DNA of 64,000 nt, taken from NCBI GenBank assembly GCA_963717465.1, contig OY970340.1, positions 1,792,001-1,856,000 on the forward strand, read 5' to 3'. This stretch comes from Candidatus Bathyarchaeota archaeon (lineage in GTDB: Archaea > Thermoproteota > Bathyarchaeia > Bathyarchaeales > Bathycorpusculaceae). A program made the translations under genes and the position numbers. Each line of letters opens with the position of its first letter. Within the stretch, counting starts at the first letter, position 1. A model generated the notes under the pieces. It was given only the letters and a program-made list of their open reading frames with translations, was not told the DNA's origin and ran no database searches. Positions 44,521 through 55,370 of the stretch are shown in pieces.

Positions 44521-45268
44521 ATGATTCGGATTAAAGAATTGCCCGATGGCAATCCCTTCATCTTGTCCGCTGTAACAGAATTCTCGGATTCGATGGGGTA
44601 TTGCGAATTCAAGATTAAACACTTACTGCGAGGAATCAAGCCTCCGCAAACTAGAATAACAATTGAAGGAACAAAATCGCACGAAAAAGAGGTTGAATAT
44701 GAGAAAGAACACTTCAAATTTGTTCCAGTTACTTCTGAAGAGGTTGCTGACTTCACGAAGGATATTGAGTTTGCTCGTGAAGCAATTTTTACAAGATTCC
44801 TAACGAAGATACCTTTTGGCGATAAAACTGTAACAATGCTGCTAATCGGTCAATCTGATAAGGTTGCAAGAAGTAAAGGTATGTTAATAGTTGAAGACAC
44901 CAAGTTCCCGCAAGACACTAGTAAATACACTGAGCTAAGCAAGCCTTATGACGACCAGATATTGCAGACTCTTTTGTATCTGAATTCCAGTTTTTCTACT
45001 ACCGATTCTTTGGAACCTAAGGATTGGTTTACTATTTCACATGAGGAAAAGGTCTGGATTGTAAACATCAAGGATAAGCAGACAAGGCAGAGTGTTAGAG
45101 TCTTTAAGGGTTCTCAGACAGAAGAGGCTAAAAATTTTCTTAACGGTAAGCTTAGCAAGTTTGCCTTGATAAGTTTAGGTATTCAAGAACCAGACCATCA
45201 TAACAGTGTTAGAAAATGCCGGAAGCTGCAGGTACTTTGGCGATTGCGAGTATAAAGTGACTTCTTAA
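44521..45268 (+). CDS. Cas4/AddB-like PD-(D/E)XK nuclease with Fe-S Cys; frameshift near 45220
   Basis: N-terminal YCE, GTKSHE, GQSD, EDTK, QTLLY; shifted frame ends KCRSCRYFGDCEY. Confidence 0.75.
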
Positions 45269-45552
45269 AACCTCACCCTCTGTGGAAGTGAGCAGTTAAT
45301 TACTACTAAGTCTGCAAGGGATAAAGAATAAGGATAGGGCTGCGACTTTGGCGGATAATGTCTTGAATCAAGCTTTTTTTTGGTTTGTATGAATTCTTCG
45401 CAAACATAATTCTTGGACGCATTGTTTTGCGACTATTTCACTGATTTCTTAGTTCAACTTGTTCTCTTTTTGCTTCGTTGTCGGTGAATTTATTTAGGAT
45501 TTGTGGTAAACCCGATGTAATTTTGACAGGCGTCTACCAATGTCTTAATTAG

Positions 45553-47064
45553 GTGTTTACATATCAGAATGATTACATGAACCATCAAGAGCTAGTATCC
45601 CTGAATCCTTGGTGGGACGACCCTAAACTAATTTTACGGGACAAAAATTTAGTCAGAAGAGCCGAATCAAATTTCAACTGGATACCACGTTTACTATTCT
45701 TTTTCAAAATCGATGAAGATGCCATTTACACCGTAAGAGGACCACGACAAGTCGGCAAAACCACATTTGTAAAACTGATGATACAAAAAATACTTGATTC
45801 AAAGGTTCAGTCTAACCAGGTTTTCTTTTGGGCATGTGATTTGGTAGAGAACCCAAAGGAATTAGTGGCTGTGATTAACAGTTACTTGAATTATGCGAGA
45901 GAAAAACATGATGAAAGGTTATACATTTTTCTTGATGAAATCTCGTCCGTAAAAGACTGGCAAAAAGGAATAAAATTTCTTGTCGATTCTGGTTCTTTAA
46001 AGAATTGTACCTTGATACTTACAGGCTCTCACAGTTTAGACATAAAAACTTCAGCTGAGCGGCTTCCTGGGAGGAGAGGAAACGTTGAGGATGTTTTGGA
46101 CAAGGTTTTCCTTCCAATGAAATTTTCCGAGTTTGTTGACGTTAGAAGCGACAACTTACGAAAAGCAATTCGTTTCCTTAACCTTCTGAAAAGGGTAAGG
46201 CGTGACGAGATTATCTTGCAGCTTGCTAAAGCCAAGATTCCAAAAGAACTTGAAAAACTTAATACCTATTCAAAAGAACTTTCAAAACTATTTCAGGAGT
46301 ATCTGATAACTGGCGGTATACCCTCTGCTATAGATGCATACATTGCAAATGGAGAAATTCCAGCAAATGTCTACGAGATTTATGTAAGCTCCATGTTGGG
46401 AGACTTAGCACGTTGGAAACAGAACCAACGACGAATGACCCAGATAGTTCAGCGCCTCGTAGAATGCCTCTCTATTCAAGTGAATTGGAATTCACTGTGC
46501 AAGCAAACAGATATGACTCCTCAAACCATGCAAGAATATGTGGACGCCTTGCAATCTGCCTTTGTTGTGTCAACGGTATACCGTCTTGACCGAAACAAGG
46601 CTGCTCCAAGTTTTGAAAAAGATAAAAAGGTCTATTTCGAAGACCCATTCATTTTCCACGCTTTAAGAGGCTGGGCTTTCTCTATACCTCAATATCTTAG
46701 CGCACTTGAATTTTTGGGCAATCCTGAAGCTTGCTCAAAACTGGTTGAATCCGTAGTATGCGACCATATCATAAGACTAACATTCAATATGTTCCCCAGC
46801 TCATCTTATGAATACACAAACAGAGTTTTTTATTGGGAAGATTCGAGTAAAAAGGAAGTGGATTTCGTAGTTAAGCTAGACGGAACATATATCCCGATTG
46901 AAGTAAAGTTTCGATCTGACGTTAAAACCGATGACCTTAATGGGCTTCATAACTTCATGGAAGGCGGTTCGTGCAATGGGGGAATAGTCATAACCAAAAA
47001 TCAACTGAAAACTGAGCAAGGCATTGCTTATGTACCTTATTACTTATTCCTTGCTTTGATTTAA
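45553..47064 (+). CDS. AAA+ ATPase with C-terminal DUF4143 nuclease-like domain (COG1373)
   Basis: NPWW, GPRQVGKT, FLDEI, LTGS, YLITGGIP, EVDFV...IEVK. Confidence 0.9.
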   Translation: MFTYQNDYMNHQELVSLNPWWDDPKLILRDKNLVRRAESNFNWIPRLLFFFKIDEDAIYTVRGPRQVGKTTFVKLMIQKILDSKVQSNQVFFWACDLVENPKELVAVINSYLNYAREKHDERLYIFLDEISSVKDWQKGIKFLVDSGSLKNCTLILTGSHSLDIKTSAERLPGRRGNVEDVLDKVFLPMKFSEFVDVRSDNLRKAIRFLNLLKRVRRDEIILQLAKAKIPKELEKLNTYSKELSKLFQEYLITGGIPSAIDAYIANGEIPANVYEIYVSSMLGDLARWKQNQRRMTQIVQRLVECLSIQVNWNSLCKQTDMTPQTMQEYVDALQSAFVVSTVYRLDRNKAAPSFEKDKKVYFEDPFIFHALRGWAFSIPQYLSALEFLGNPEACSKLVESVVCDHIIRLTFNMFPSSSYEYTNRVFYWEDSSKKEVDFVVKLDGTYIPIEVKFRSDVKTDDLNGLHNFMEGGSCNGGIVITKNQLKTEQGIAYVPYYLFLALI

Positions 47065-47276
47065 TATATTTCTCGGATTTCTTAAGTAAACCAAAACCTG
47101 CCTAGATTTTACACCATTGCTTTTACAATTTTACAACTTTTACATTTTTAGAGTTAAAAGCAAGGTAAAACATCATTTCCAGAGCACTTTGTTATTCACA
47201 TCATCAGCATGCTTTTATTTGTGGGTTAAGAACTATTGATTTACAAAAACAAAAAGATGTTACGAAGGCAAATTTC

Positions 47277-48806
47277 ATGGTTGAGCTTAGGGTGCATGAG
47301 CAAAAGATTCTTTCTGCTTTGGAGAAGCTTGGCCAAAAGGCTTCAGTGGAACAATTAATCGAAGCCTGTGGTTTTCCAGATGCTGCAATCATGCGTTCCG
47401 CTTTAGTTTTGCAGGAAGAAGGATTAGTTGAAGTGCACGCTGAGCATAAAAACATAGTCAAATTAACAGTTGAGGGCGAACAATACGCAAAAAATGGTTT
47501 GCCCGAACGCAACCTGATCAAATCCGTCGCTTTACTCGGCGGAAGCTCTGATTTGCAGAAAGCAGCCAAAGAAGCAGGATTGTCACCACAATTTATTCAG
47601 ATTGCGCTCGGTTGGACGCTTAGGAAAAAATGGGCAGTTTTCCTTTCAGATTCAAATACAATTCGCATAGCTGAGGCTTTTCTGCATCAGGCGTTCATTC
47701 CAGAAGGAACTGATGAAAAACTGCTAAGTTACTTATGCGATAAGTCACAGGCTTCTTTGGATGATTTAAGTAAGGAACTTCAGGAAGCCGCTGAAACACT
47801 AAAAAAACGAAAGCTTCTAACAGTTGACCCGAAAACCCGCAGAATCCTTCAAATCACTTCTGAAGGTAAAAAAGCCGTAACAGAAAGCAAAATAGCTATT
47901 CAAGAAGTTACGCAACTTACTCCGGAACTAATTATTTCAGGCAAGTGGCGCGCGACAAAGCTTCAAAAATACAACATTCAAGCGCCAGTAGCGAAGACTT
48001 GGGCTGGGAAAAAGCATCCGTACTTGAGCTTTTTAGATGAAGTTAGAGCGAAACTTGTCACTTTGGGCTTCAAAGAGATGACTGGGACAAACGTTGAGAC
48101 TTGCTTGTTCAACTTTGATGCACTATACACTCCCCAAGATCACCCAGCACGGGAACTGAGCGATATTTATTACATTAAAGAACCCAAATACGGCGACGTA
48201 AGCAAGCATGAGAAAATCGTTGAGCAAATAAAGAGAACACATGAGACCGGTTGGAAAACAGGTTCAACGGGCTGGGGATACAAATATAGTTCCGATGTTG
48301 CTAAGCGATTAATTCTGCGTGGACACGGAACGTGCCTTAGTGCAAGAACGTTAGCTAATAAAAATCTTGAAGTTCCAAGTAAATACTTCTCGATAGCGCG
48401 TGTTTATAGACCAGAACTTATTGATAAAACTCATCTTTCAGAATTTAACCAAGTTGAAGGAATAGTTGTTGACAAAGACTTAACGCTAAAAGATCTTCTA
48501 GGCGTCCTGGGAAAATTCGCCTTAGAAATTGCTGAAGCTGACAAAATACGCTTCAAACCCGACTACTTCCCATTCACTGAACCCAGCGTTGAATTAAGCG
48601 CTTACAAAGAAGGTTACGGCTGGGTTGAATTCGGCGGCTCAGGAATCTTCCGTCCAGAAGTAACCATGCCTCTAGGCGTAAAAGTGCCCGTCATAGCTTG
48701 GGGTTTAGGCGTCGATCGACTGTTCATGATGCGAGCAGGAATGCAAGACATCCGCTGCATTTTCAGTCAAGACCTTGATTGGCTACGAAAAAAGCAGGTG
48801 ACATAA
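47277..48806 (+). CDS. pheS: Phenylalanine-tRNA ligase alpha subunit
   Basis: QDHPARE, HLSEFNQVEG, YFPFTEPS, AWGLGVDR. Confidence 0.97.
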   Translation: MVELRVHEQKILSALEKLGQKASVEQLIEACGFPDAAIMRSALVLQEEGLVEVHAEHKNIVKLTVEGEQYAKNGLPERNLIKSVALLGGSSDLQKAAKEAGLSPQFIQIALGWTLRKKWAVFLSDSNTIRIAEAFLHQAFIPEGTDEKLLSYLCDKSQASLDDLSKELQEAAETLKKRKLLTVDPKTRRILQITSEGKKAVTESKIAIQEVTQLTPELIISGKWRATKLQKYNIQAPVAKTWAGKKHPYLSFLDEVRAKLVTLGFKEMTGTNVETCLFNFDALYTPQDHPARELSDIYYIKEPKYGDVSKHEKIVEQIKRTHETGWKTGSTGWGYKYSSDVAKRLILRGHGTCLSARTLANKNLEVPSKYFSIARVYRPELIDKTHLSEFNQVEGIVVDKDLTLKDLLGVLGKFALEIAEADKIRFKPDYFPFTEPSVELSAYKEGYGWVEFGGSGIFRPEVTMPLGVKVPVIAWGLGVDRLFMMRAGMQDIRCIFSQDLDWLRKKQVT

Positions 48807-48809
48807 AAA

Positions 48810-50531
48810 ATGCCCACAATCGATGTTGACTATTCCGAACTTGAAAATTTACTCAAATTAAATCTTCAAGGAAACATGGAGAAACTCGACGAGATTTTAG
48901 CGTATGTGAAAGCTGAAGTTAAAGGATACAATCAACAAGATAACAATTTAACCATAGAAATGAAAGATACGAATCGCCCAGATCTTTGGAGCGTTGAAGG
49001 TCTCGCAAGGGGACTACGAGGTTATCTTAATCAAGAAAAAGGATTGAAGCAGTATTCTGCTGGAAAATCAATTGTTAAAGTGAACGTTAACCCGAAGCTT
49101 TTCAATATTCGGCCATATATTTGTTGTTCAATTGTAAAAGATGTTCACTTGAATGATAAATCCATCCGTGGACTTATGCACCTGCAAGATAAACTGGACA
49201 AAACGTATGGGCGAAGCCGCCAAAAAACCTCTATTGGAATTTACGATTTTAACTTGATAACGCCCCCTTTGGAATATACAGTGGCGAAGCCTGACCAAGT
49301 GAGCTTTGTTCCATTAGGATTTACTGAAAAGTTGACTTTAAATGAGATGTTAGAGCGTCATCCAAAAGGAATCGAATACGGGCATATTGTGAAGAACCAG
49401 AGCGTCTATCCTATTCTGCTTGATTCAAATAATAAGCCGCTTTCTTTTCCACCGATAATTAACTCAAATGATTTAGGAAAGATCACTGAAGATACAAAAG
49501 ACTTACTAGTGGAAGTAACGGGCACAATTCATCAGACTGTTCTTAATACACTTAATTTAGTGACACTAAACTTAATCGACGTTGGCGGGAAAGCTTTTTC
49601 AGCAACAATTAATTATCCAAAAAGCAATTACAAACAAAAAAACGTTGGAACACCCAACTTTAACAACCGATGCATGCAGTTAAGCGTTGATTATACTAAT
49701 CAACTATTGGGCTTAAAACTTACAGCAAAAAAAATATCTGAATTACTCTGCATTGCAGGTTTTAGCGTTAAAAAGATCACTCAAGAAAAAGTCTTTGTTC
49801 TTGTTCCCTGCTACCGAATTGATGTCATGCATCAAGTTGACTTGATTGAAGACGTGGCAATTGCGTACGGATACAACAACATGGAACCGCTCTGGCGTGA
49901 CTTGCCAACGACTGGATGCGCAAAGCCCGATCAACGACTAATTAATGTAGCCAGAGATTTCATGGTTGGTTTAGGATTCCAAGAAGTTTTAAATTATACG
50001 TTGACTAATCCGGAGAATCTCTTCGATAAAATGAATGCTGAAAGACAAACTGTAGTCGAGCTGTATAATCCTAAAATCGTAACCATGACTTGCCTTAGAA
50101 ACTGGTTGCTTCCAAGCCTGATTGAATTTTTAAGCAACAATCAATCAGTCGAGTTTCCACAAAAAATCTTTGAACTTGGCAAAGTTACATTACACGATGA
50201 GGAGAGCGAAACTAAAACCAGAAATGAAGAATGGCTTTCGGCAGTGTCAACACATGCAACGGCAGGTTTCAGTGAAGCAAAATCGGCCTTAGACTCATTT
50301 TTCATGAATTTTGGAGTTGACTGGCAGATAAAAGAGTCAAGTCATCCGAGCTTTATTGAAGGAAGAGCTGGCAACATAATCGTTGATAATCAAGTTGTGG
50401 GCATTGTAGGCGAAATAAGTCCGAAAGTACTGGAAGTCTGGAAACTTGAGAATCCAGTCGCAGGTTTTGAAGTCAACTTGCAGAAAATAATCGATGGTAA
50501 GCTCTTAAGTAAAGCGTCTTTGAAAGCGTAA
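48810..50531 (+). CDS. pheT: Phenylalanine-tRNA ligase beta subunit
   Basis: NRPDLWSVEG, SFPPIINS, DLIEDVAIAYGY. Confidence 0.97.
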   Translation: MPTIDVDYSELENLLKLNLQGNMEKLDEILAYVKAEVKGYNQQDNNLTIEMKDTNRPDLWSVEGLARGLRGYLNQEKGLKQYSAGKSIVKVNVNPKLFNIRPYICCSIVKDVHLNDKSIRGLMHLQDKLDKTYGRSRQKTSIGIYDFNLITPPLEYTVAKPDQVSFVPLGFTEKLTLNEMLERHPKGIEYGHIVKNQSVYPILLDSNNKPLSFPPIINSNDLGKITEDTKDLLVEVTGTIHQTVLNTLNLVTLNLIDVGGKAFSATINYPKSNYKQKNVGTPNFNNRCMQLSVDYTNQLLGLKLTAKKISELLCIAGFSVKKITQEKVFVLVPCYRIDVMHQVDLIEDVAIAYGYNNMEPLWRDLPTTGCAKPDQRLINVARDFMVGLGFQEVLNYTLTNPENLFDKMNAERQTVVELYNPKIVTMTCLRNWLLPSLIEFLSNNQSVEFPQKIFELGKVTLHDEESETKTRNEEWLSAVSTHATAGFSEAKSALDSFFMNFGVDWQIKESSHPSFIEGRAGNIIVDNQVVGIVGEISPKVLEVWKLENPVAGFEVNLQKIIDGKLLSKASLKA

Positions 50532-50552
50532 GAAATGGTTTTTCAATGATTT

Positions 50553-50789
50553 CTATAACTTCGCTTCAAAACCAGTATTAGAGTTTGCAGAATTAGCAAT
50601 CATGTTTTCTTGAATTTTCTTAATTAATTCTGAATTGATTCCAAAGTCTTTAAGAACTGTGAATAATTGCTCGGCGTCGATGTAGCCGCAATCAGGATTT
50701 TCACAAACGAAGACGTCAGCAGTTCTTTTTGAGGTACGTCCACCACATTCAGGACAATTCTTAAGAATTTTAATTATGGTCATTCCCAT
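50553..50789 (-). CDS. Small zinc-ribbon protein
   Basis: CPECGG...CENPDCG. Confidence 0.65.
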   Translation of the reverse strand: MGMTIIKILKNCPECGGRTSKRTADVFVCENPDCGYIDAEQLFTVLKDFGINSELIKKIQENMIANSANSNTGFEAKL

Positions 50790-50974
50790 AACATTTCAAC
50801 TAATTTATAGATGCATTTCATAAAATTAATTCGTTTCTCTTACTCTTTAATGCTGCAAGAAAGTTTTGTTTTAACAGAAATTCAGATTGTTTTTTTCACG
50901 AAAATAAAGAATTGTGTGAATCGTCAAGCTTTTTCTTGAAGCTTGTTTGCTTTGATGTGTGTTCAACTTAAGTT

Positions 50975-51772
50975 TTAGAACCATGATAAGGTTCCATTTT
51001 TCCTTGCGCTCTTCAAACATTGCGAGTAAACGGTATAACCTAAAGGCACCATAACTGCGCACATAAGTGCTAAGATTAAAAGTTGTGGCAAGATCATTTG
51101 TACCGTCCAACCTGTCAGCATTAACCTTATGCAAGTGAAGAAATAGTATTGTGGAAGAACGTAAGAGATAACTTGAAGTGCAGCGGGCATAACTTGAGGT
51201 GGAAAAAGAACATTCCCAAATAAACTGGTTGTTAGAGTAATAAGGGCTGTCACAGGGTCACCTTGCTTAGTTACAATTAAAATTCCTGCACCAATCATGC
51301 TGAAACCAAGAAAAGTGCCAACTCCTAAAGCAAGAACGATTAAAGTTCCGATGACGTTGATGCTTAACGAAACTCCGAACCCTAAGACGCCTACTCCAAG
51401 AAAAACAATAACGACGCCAGTGCTCCAAACAAAGCCCCAAATTGAGCTGCCAATGATAAACGTGGATAAGCGTGTTGGGGAAACCAGGACTTCTTCAAGA
51501 GCCCACGGATTGATAGTTTTCTGAACTAACGTTAGGCTCTGGCTCAGGTAAGTGCTAAAGGCTAACCCGATAAGCAGATATGTTGTAAAATTTAAATGGT
51601 ACTGATTGAGATAACTTTGCATTGTGACACTCTGACCCAGAAAAGCGAATGTTAACGCACCAAAAAGCGAAGTAAACACCAATAAGAGCATGTTAGTTTT
51701 ATAAGTTGCAAAGGAAATCATGTCGCGCTTCATGAAATAATAAATTTTTTCTATTTCACCTAGAATCGTCAT
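50975..51772 (-). CDS. ABC-2 type exporter permease
   Basis: Multiple TMs; LFPPQVMP...LPQYY. Confidence 0.88.
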   Translation of the reverse strand: MTILGEIEKIYYFMKRDMISFATYKTNMLLLVFTSLFGALTFAFLGQSVTMQSYLNQYHLNFTTYLLIGLAFSTYLSQSLTLVQKTINPWALEEVLVSPTRLSTFIIGSSIWGFVWSTGVVIVFLGVGVLGFGVSLSINVIGTLIVLALGVGTFLGFSMIGAGILIVTKQGDPVTALITLTTSLFGNVLFPPQVMPAALQVISYVLPQYYFFTCIRLMLTGWTVQMILPQLLILALMCAVMVPLGYTVYSQCLKSARKNGTLSWF

Positions 51773-52801
51773 TTATTCTCTCTTCCGTGTTAACTCGATA
51801 AACGCTTCTTCCAACGTCGGCTCAGCACGCTCAAAATTTAAAAGTCTAATTTTTTCCGAAAACAAGAAGCTAAATATCAAAGGCACCTGATCTAAGCTCT
51901 TTAATTGAATATCTAATTTCTTTTGACCAGATAGCAAATTCTCATTTTTCTCAGTTACGCCAATTACACTTTCAATTTTTTGCAGTTGCTCAATCTGTTT
52001 TTGAGTTATTTTTTCGACAATTATGCAAATTAACTCTGCCTTCTTTATCCTGTTTTTTATGGCATTGGGAGAATCACAAATTATCAATCTTCCTTTGCTC
52101 ATAATTCCTATTTTGTCGCAAATTTGAGATGCTTCTTCAATATAATGCGTAGTGTAAACAACTGTTTTTCCAAATTCTTTAATTACTGTATTTTTAATGA
52201 AATCGCGAATGTTTCTGGAGGATATTACATCTAGACCAGTTGTTGGTTCATCTAAAAGCAGCACTGGCGGGTCTGGAAGCAGTGTTCTTGCTAAAGCCAA
52301 TTTTCGTTTCATTCCTCCTGAATACTTTTGGTAAAGTTCACAAGCGTTGTTTTCTAACCCTACCAGTTTTACAACTTCTTTAATTCGTTCTTGCCTTTTT
52401 GCTCTTGGAACATTGCTGATTGCAGCGAAAAATTCCAGGTTCTGGTAGCCGTTGAGTCTCCAAAAAAATCCCCTTTCACCAACACTGAAAAGAGTGCCAA
52501 TTGACTGTTTCACTTTCATCGGTTCAGTATTTATATCAAACCCGTTAACTTGCGCAGTTCCTTCGTCAGGTGGAAGAAGCGTGCAGAGCATTTTCACAAG
52601 CGTAGTTTTTCCAGCACCGTTCGGGCCAAGTAAACCAAAAAGTTCACCTTTTTTGATTTCCAAATTCAGGTTATCAATTGCTTTTACCGCTATCGTTTTT
52701 TTCCACGACAAGAATCCTATTTTACTCTCTTGATTGTTGTTTAGTTTCGTCTTGAAAGTTTTCGTTAGATTAAACGTTTCAATCGCGTTTTCGTTGACCA
52801 A
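51773..52801 (-). CDS. ABC transporter ATP-binding protein
   Basis: GPNGAGKT, YSGGMKRK, LLDEPTTGLD. Confidence 0.95.
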   Translation of the reverse strand: MVNENAIETFNLTKTFKTKLNNNQESKIGFLSWKKTIAVKAIDNLNLEIKKGELFGLLGPNGAGKTTLVKMLCTLLPPDEGTAQVNGFDINTEPMKVKQSIGTLFSVGERGFFWRLNGYQNLEFFAAISNVPRAKRQERIKEVVKLVGLENNACELYQKYSGGMKRKLALARTLLPDPPVLLLDEPTTGLDVISSRNIRDFIKNTVIKEFGKTVVYTTHYIEEASQICDKIGIMSKGRLIICDSPNAIKNRIKKAELICIIVEKITQKQIEQLQKIESVIGVTEKNENLLSGQKKLDIQLKSLDQVPLIFSFLFSEKIRLLNFERAEPTLEEAFIELTRKRE

Positions 52802-52892
52802 TTTTTCATCTCTAATTTAATCAAAGTTAACCCGTGCTATTGTTAATTCATGAATAATTCTGCGATAATCTTGGTTATCTAAGTAAAGTTAC

Positions 52893-53825
52893 TCACAAAC
52901 CAAATACTCCTGCATGTGCTAATGCCTCACTAATTAAAAGCAAACTGTAGATCAAAACACCGACCAAGAATAAAATCAAGCTTTTTTCTCGTTTCACTGA
53001 AGGAATTTCATTTCGAATAGAATTATACAATATTGCACCTGAAATGAACGCTAAAAGAACGTAAGCTTCCGCAATTCTTTCAGGAAACCAAATTGAAGCA
53101 GCCCAGCCAGCAAGTGGAATAAAACCTGTAACATAGCGCCCAATTTTTGCTTGAAGTTCCTTGTATTGTTCAAAAATTGAACCTTCAAAGATGAAAAGGT
53201 GTAAAGATACTGCGATGGTGTACAGCAACCCTACAATTATTCCTGTTTGATACTGGAATAGAAGAACAAAACTTAAGATAAAACTCAAGAAAGAAAAAGT
53301 GAATAGGTGAACTGCAAAAATGCCTTTTTCAGCATGAGAAATGTTTGAGTCTCTGCTGATTTCGGCTGTCCTCTTATCGCGAAAGCTTATGGTCATATGC
53401 TCTAGGATAAAATAGACCAGAAAACCAACGAAAGCGACTAGAAAAATTGCATCTTCATAAAGCGCCGTAAGGGAACTGTTGATTGTTGTTAAGAATTGAC
53501 TTGAGATTTGAAGGCTTGGCAACAAGTCGAGAAAAACGTAGCTTGCTGTTATGCCTCCGAATAGTGAAAGCACTGCTCCTTTATATTTGCCTAAAAAAAC
53601 TATGATTTTATAAGAAAAAATATTTATCGCGGCAAATAGGATAGCCGCCAATAAAGAGTAGAAAATCAATATAGAATTTGTTTCGTTTAATGTTGACGCT
53701 GATGATTCCTCATTTTCCCTAGCATAGGAATGAATATTGTAAGAAAATGTTATGGTTATTCTGAAAAGCTGTAGGTTAGAAGCTTGTATAAAGACTTGTG
53801 ACTGTGCAAGGGTAACTACAAGCAA
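52893..53825 (-). CDS. Multi-pass membrane protein (ZIP-like); true start probably further downstream
   Basis: GGITASYVFLDLLP, AFISGAILYN...EIP. Confidence 0.7.
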   Translation of the reverse strand: MLVVTLAQSQVFIQASNLQLFRITITFSYNIHSYARENEESSASTLNETNSILIFYSLLAAILFAAINIFSYKIIVFLGKYKGAVLSLFGGITASYVFLDLLPSLQISSQFLTTINSSLTALYEDAIFLVAFVGFLVYFILEHMTISFRDKRTAEISRDSNISHAEKGIFAVHLFTFSFLSFILSFVLLFQYQTGIIVGLLYTIAVSLHLFIFEGSIFEQYKELQAKIGRYVTGFIPLAGWAASIWFPERIAEAYVLLAFISGAILYNSIRNEIPSVKREKSLILFLVGVLIYSLLLISEALAHAGVFGL

Positions 53826-53932
53826 AGGCTTGTTTTAAGAAAAGGGAAAAATCGAGCTTTGGTTAAGGGGGAAGCAAATCATGCTGCGGCCCAAGAGTTT
53901 ACATGTGAAAGGCTCCGAATAGCAATTGAAAA

Positions 53933-54268
53933 TTAAGTATTCATCAGTTCCGCTAACGTTTCAATGAACATTTCAATGCGATCTTTTGTTCGCCCAAAAT
54001 CAGCAACTGAAGTAATTGTGGTGACAGGTGTTTCAGCCTTAATCATCATACGAGTTGTTTTTTCATCCACTTTTGATAAGTCGATGAGTAAATCGGAACC
54101 GTACGATAAAAAGGCACCCGTGGTTTTAGCTTTTACATGATGAGTTTTCTGGTCGGTTTCTCTATTTTCCATTTTAGTTTTGAAATGGCGTTTGGGATGG
54201 TCAGCCCAGATTTTTTCAATGGGATAAGATACTTCAATATTTTCTTTTTCTGTCCGTAGATAAGCCAT
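53933..54268 (-). CDS. Hypothetical protein, possibly with compensating indels
   Basis: ORF of plausible composition apart from an aberrant internal stretch (DHPKRHFKTKMENR). Confidence 0.6.
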   Translation of the reverse strand: MAYLRTEKENIEVSYPIEKIWADHPKRHFKTKMENRETDQKTHHVKAKTTGAFLSYGSDLLIDLSKVDEKTTRMMIKAETPVTTITSVADFGRTKDRIEMFIETLAELMNT

Positions 54269-54367
54269 GATAAATCAATCTTTTTAGAAATAATTATACT
54301 TAACTCTTTCAACTTCGGAAAAATGAAAATATGACGGTAAGCTGCTTGAACGAATTTCGTTCTGGAC

Positions 54368-54748
54368 TTATTTTATAGATTCCTTAAGGTTTGAAAGATA
54401 TGACATAACTTGCTCGATTTGAGACGCTGACATACTTAAAATAGCTTTAAGCGAAGCAGACTGCTTTGCCGTTGGCGCCACATTTATTGTCGTTAATGCA
54501 TAATCTAAGCTTGTGAAGAGTGGTTCCCAAGGTATCTTCACTTTCTGCCCGTGAAGAGTGTACAATGCCAAGATGAACGCGCTGGTTCGGCTTAAGCCAT
54601 CTTTAAAAGCTTGCAGGCTTTCGGCGACTTGTAATATGTCATATTCAGGGCTTGAAAGAAATTTCTTAATTACTGCGTAGTTACTTTCTAAAGCCTGAAT
54701 TTCAACAAGTAAATCCTTTTTTAATTTCGTCTCAGTTCCTTTTTGCAT
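54368..54748 (-). CDS. Hypothetical protein
   Basis: ORF from MQKGTETK. Confidence 0.6.
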   Translation of the reverse strand: MQKGTETKLKKDLLVEIQALESNYAVIKKFLSSPEYDILQVAESLQAFKDGLSRTSAFILALYTLHGQKVKIPWEPLFTSLDYALTTINVAPTAKQSASLKAILSMSASQIEQVMSYLSNLKESIK

Positions 54749-54832
54749 AAGTATCGCCTTCTTGTATGTCTTAGGAGTAAATAAGACTTTATTTAATCCA
54801 CGAAATAATTTGTGTGGCAAATCAATAATAAT

Positions 54833-55024
54833 TTATGACACGGTTTTTTTCAAGCTGTTTGCAGACTTGCATTTTACGCACAAAACACAATTTTTTTGTT
54901 TTTCAACTTCTTGCACGGTCATTATTCTATTGCCTATGTATTGCTTGCACTTGTCGCAGGACATGCGTACTTCAACGACGTTTGCTTTCGCGTTTATGAT
55001 TTCTATCGGCAAGCTTTTTGTCAT
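54833..55024 (-). CDS. Small zinc-finger protein
   Basis: CDKC...CVKC; SD-like AGGACGG upstream. Confidence 0.65.
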   Translation of the reverse strand: MTKSLPIEIINAKANVVEVRMSCDKCKQYIGNRIMTVQEVEKQKNCVLCVKCKSANSLKKTVS

Positions 55025-55152
55025 ACCGTCCTGAAAAGTATTTTTCGAGGAGAAGCTGTTATTTTAACGAAATATTTATGGATTTCCTTCTTTTCCTTCC
55101 AAACACTTGAAAACAATTAATAGTTCAATAATAGCTTCAAAAGTGGATGGCT

Positions 55153-55302
55153 ATGTCAGAGCGAATAATGCGAGTTAGCAAAGTAACGTCTAACCGACAA
55201 GTCACGATTCCAGTTGAAATAATGAAAAAACTGAAAATTACTGCTGGAGACAAAATAATTTGGATTGAAAACAAAGGCGATATTATAGTGAGACGAATCT
55301 AA
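55153..55302 (+). CDS. AbrB/MazE/SpoVT-family DNA-binding protein (49 aa; not in ORF track)
   Basis: SKVTSNRQVTIPVEIMKKLKITAGDKI. Confidence 0.85.
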   Translation: MSERIMRVSKVTSNRQVTIPVEIMKKLKITAGDKIIWIENKGDIIVRRI

Positions 55303-55370
55303 CTTTTAAATTTGCGCCCCTAATTTTCTGCAGTTTTGTGGCTGAGGAGGTAAGCTTAATGCATGTTTTA

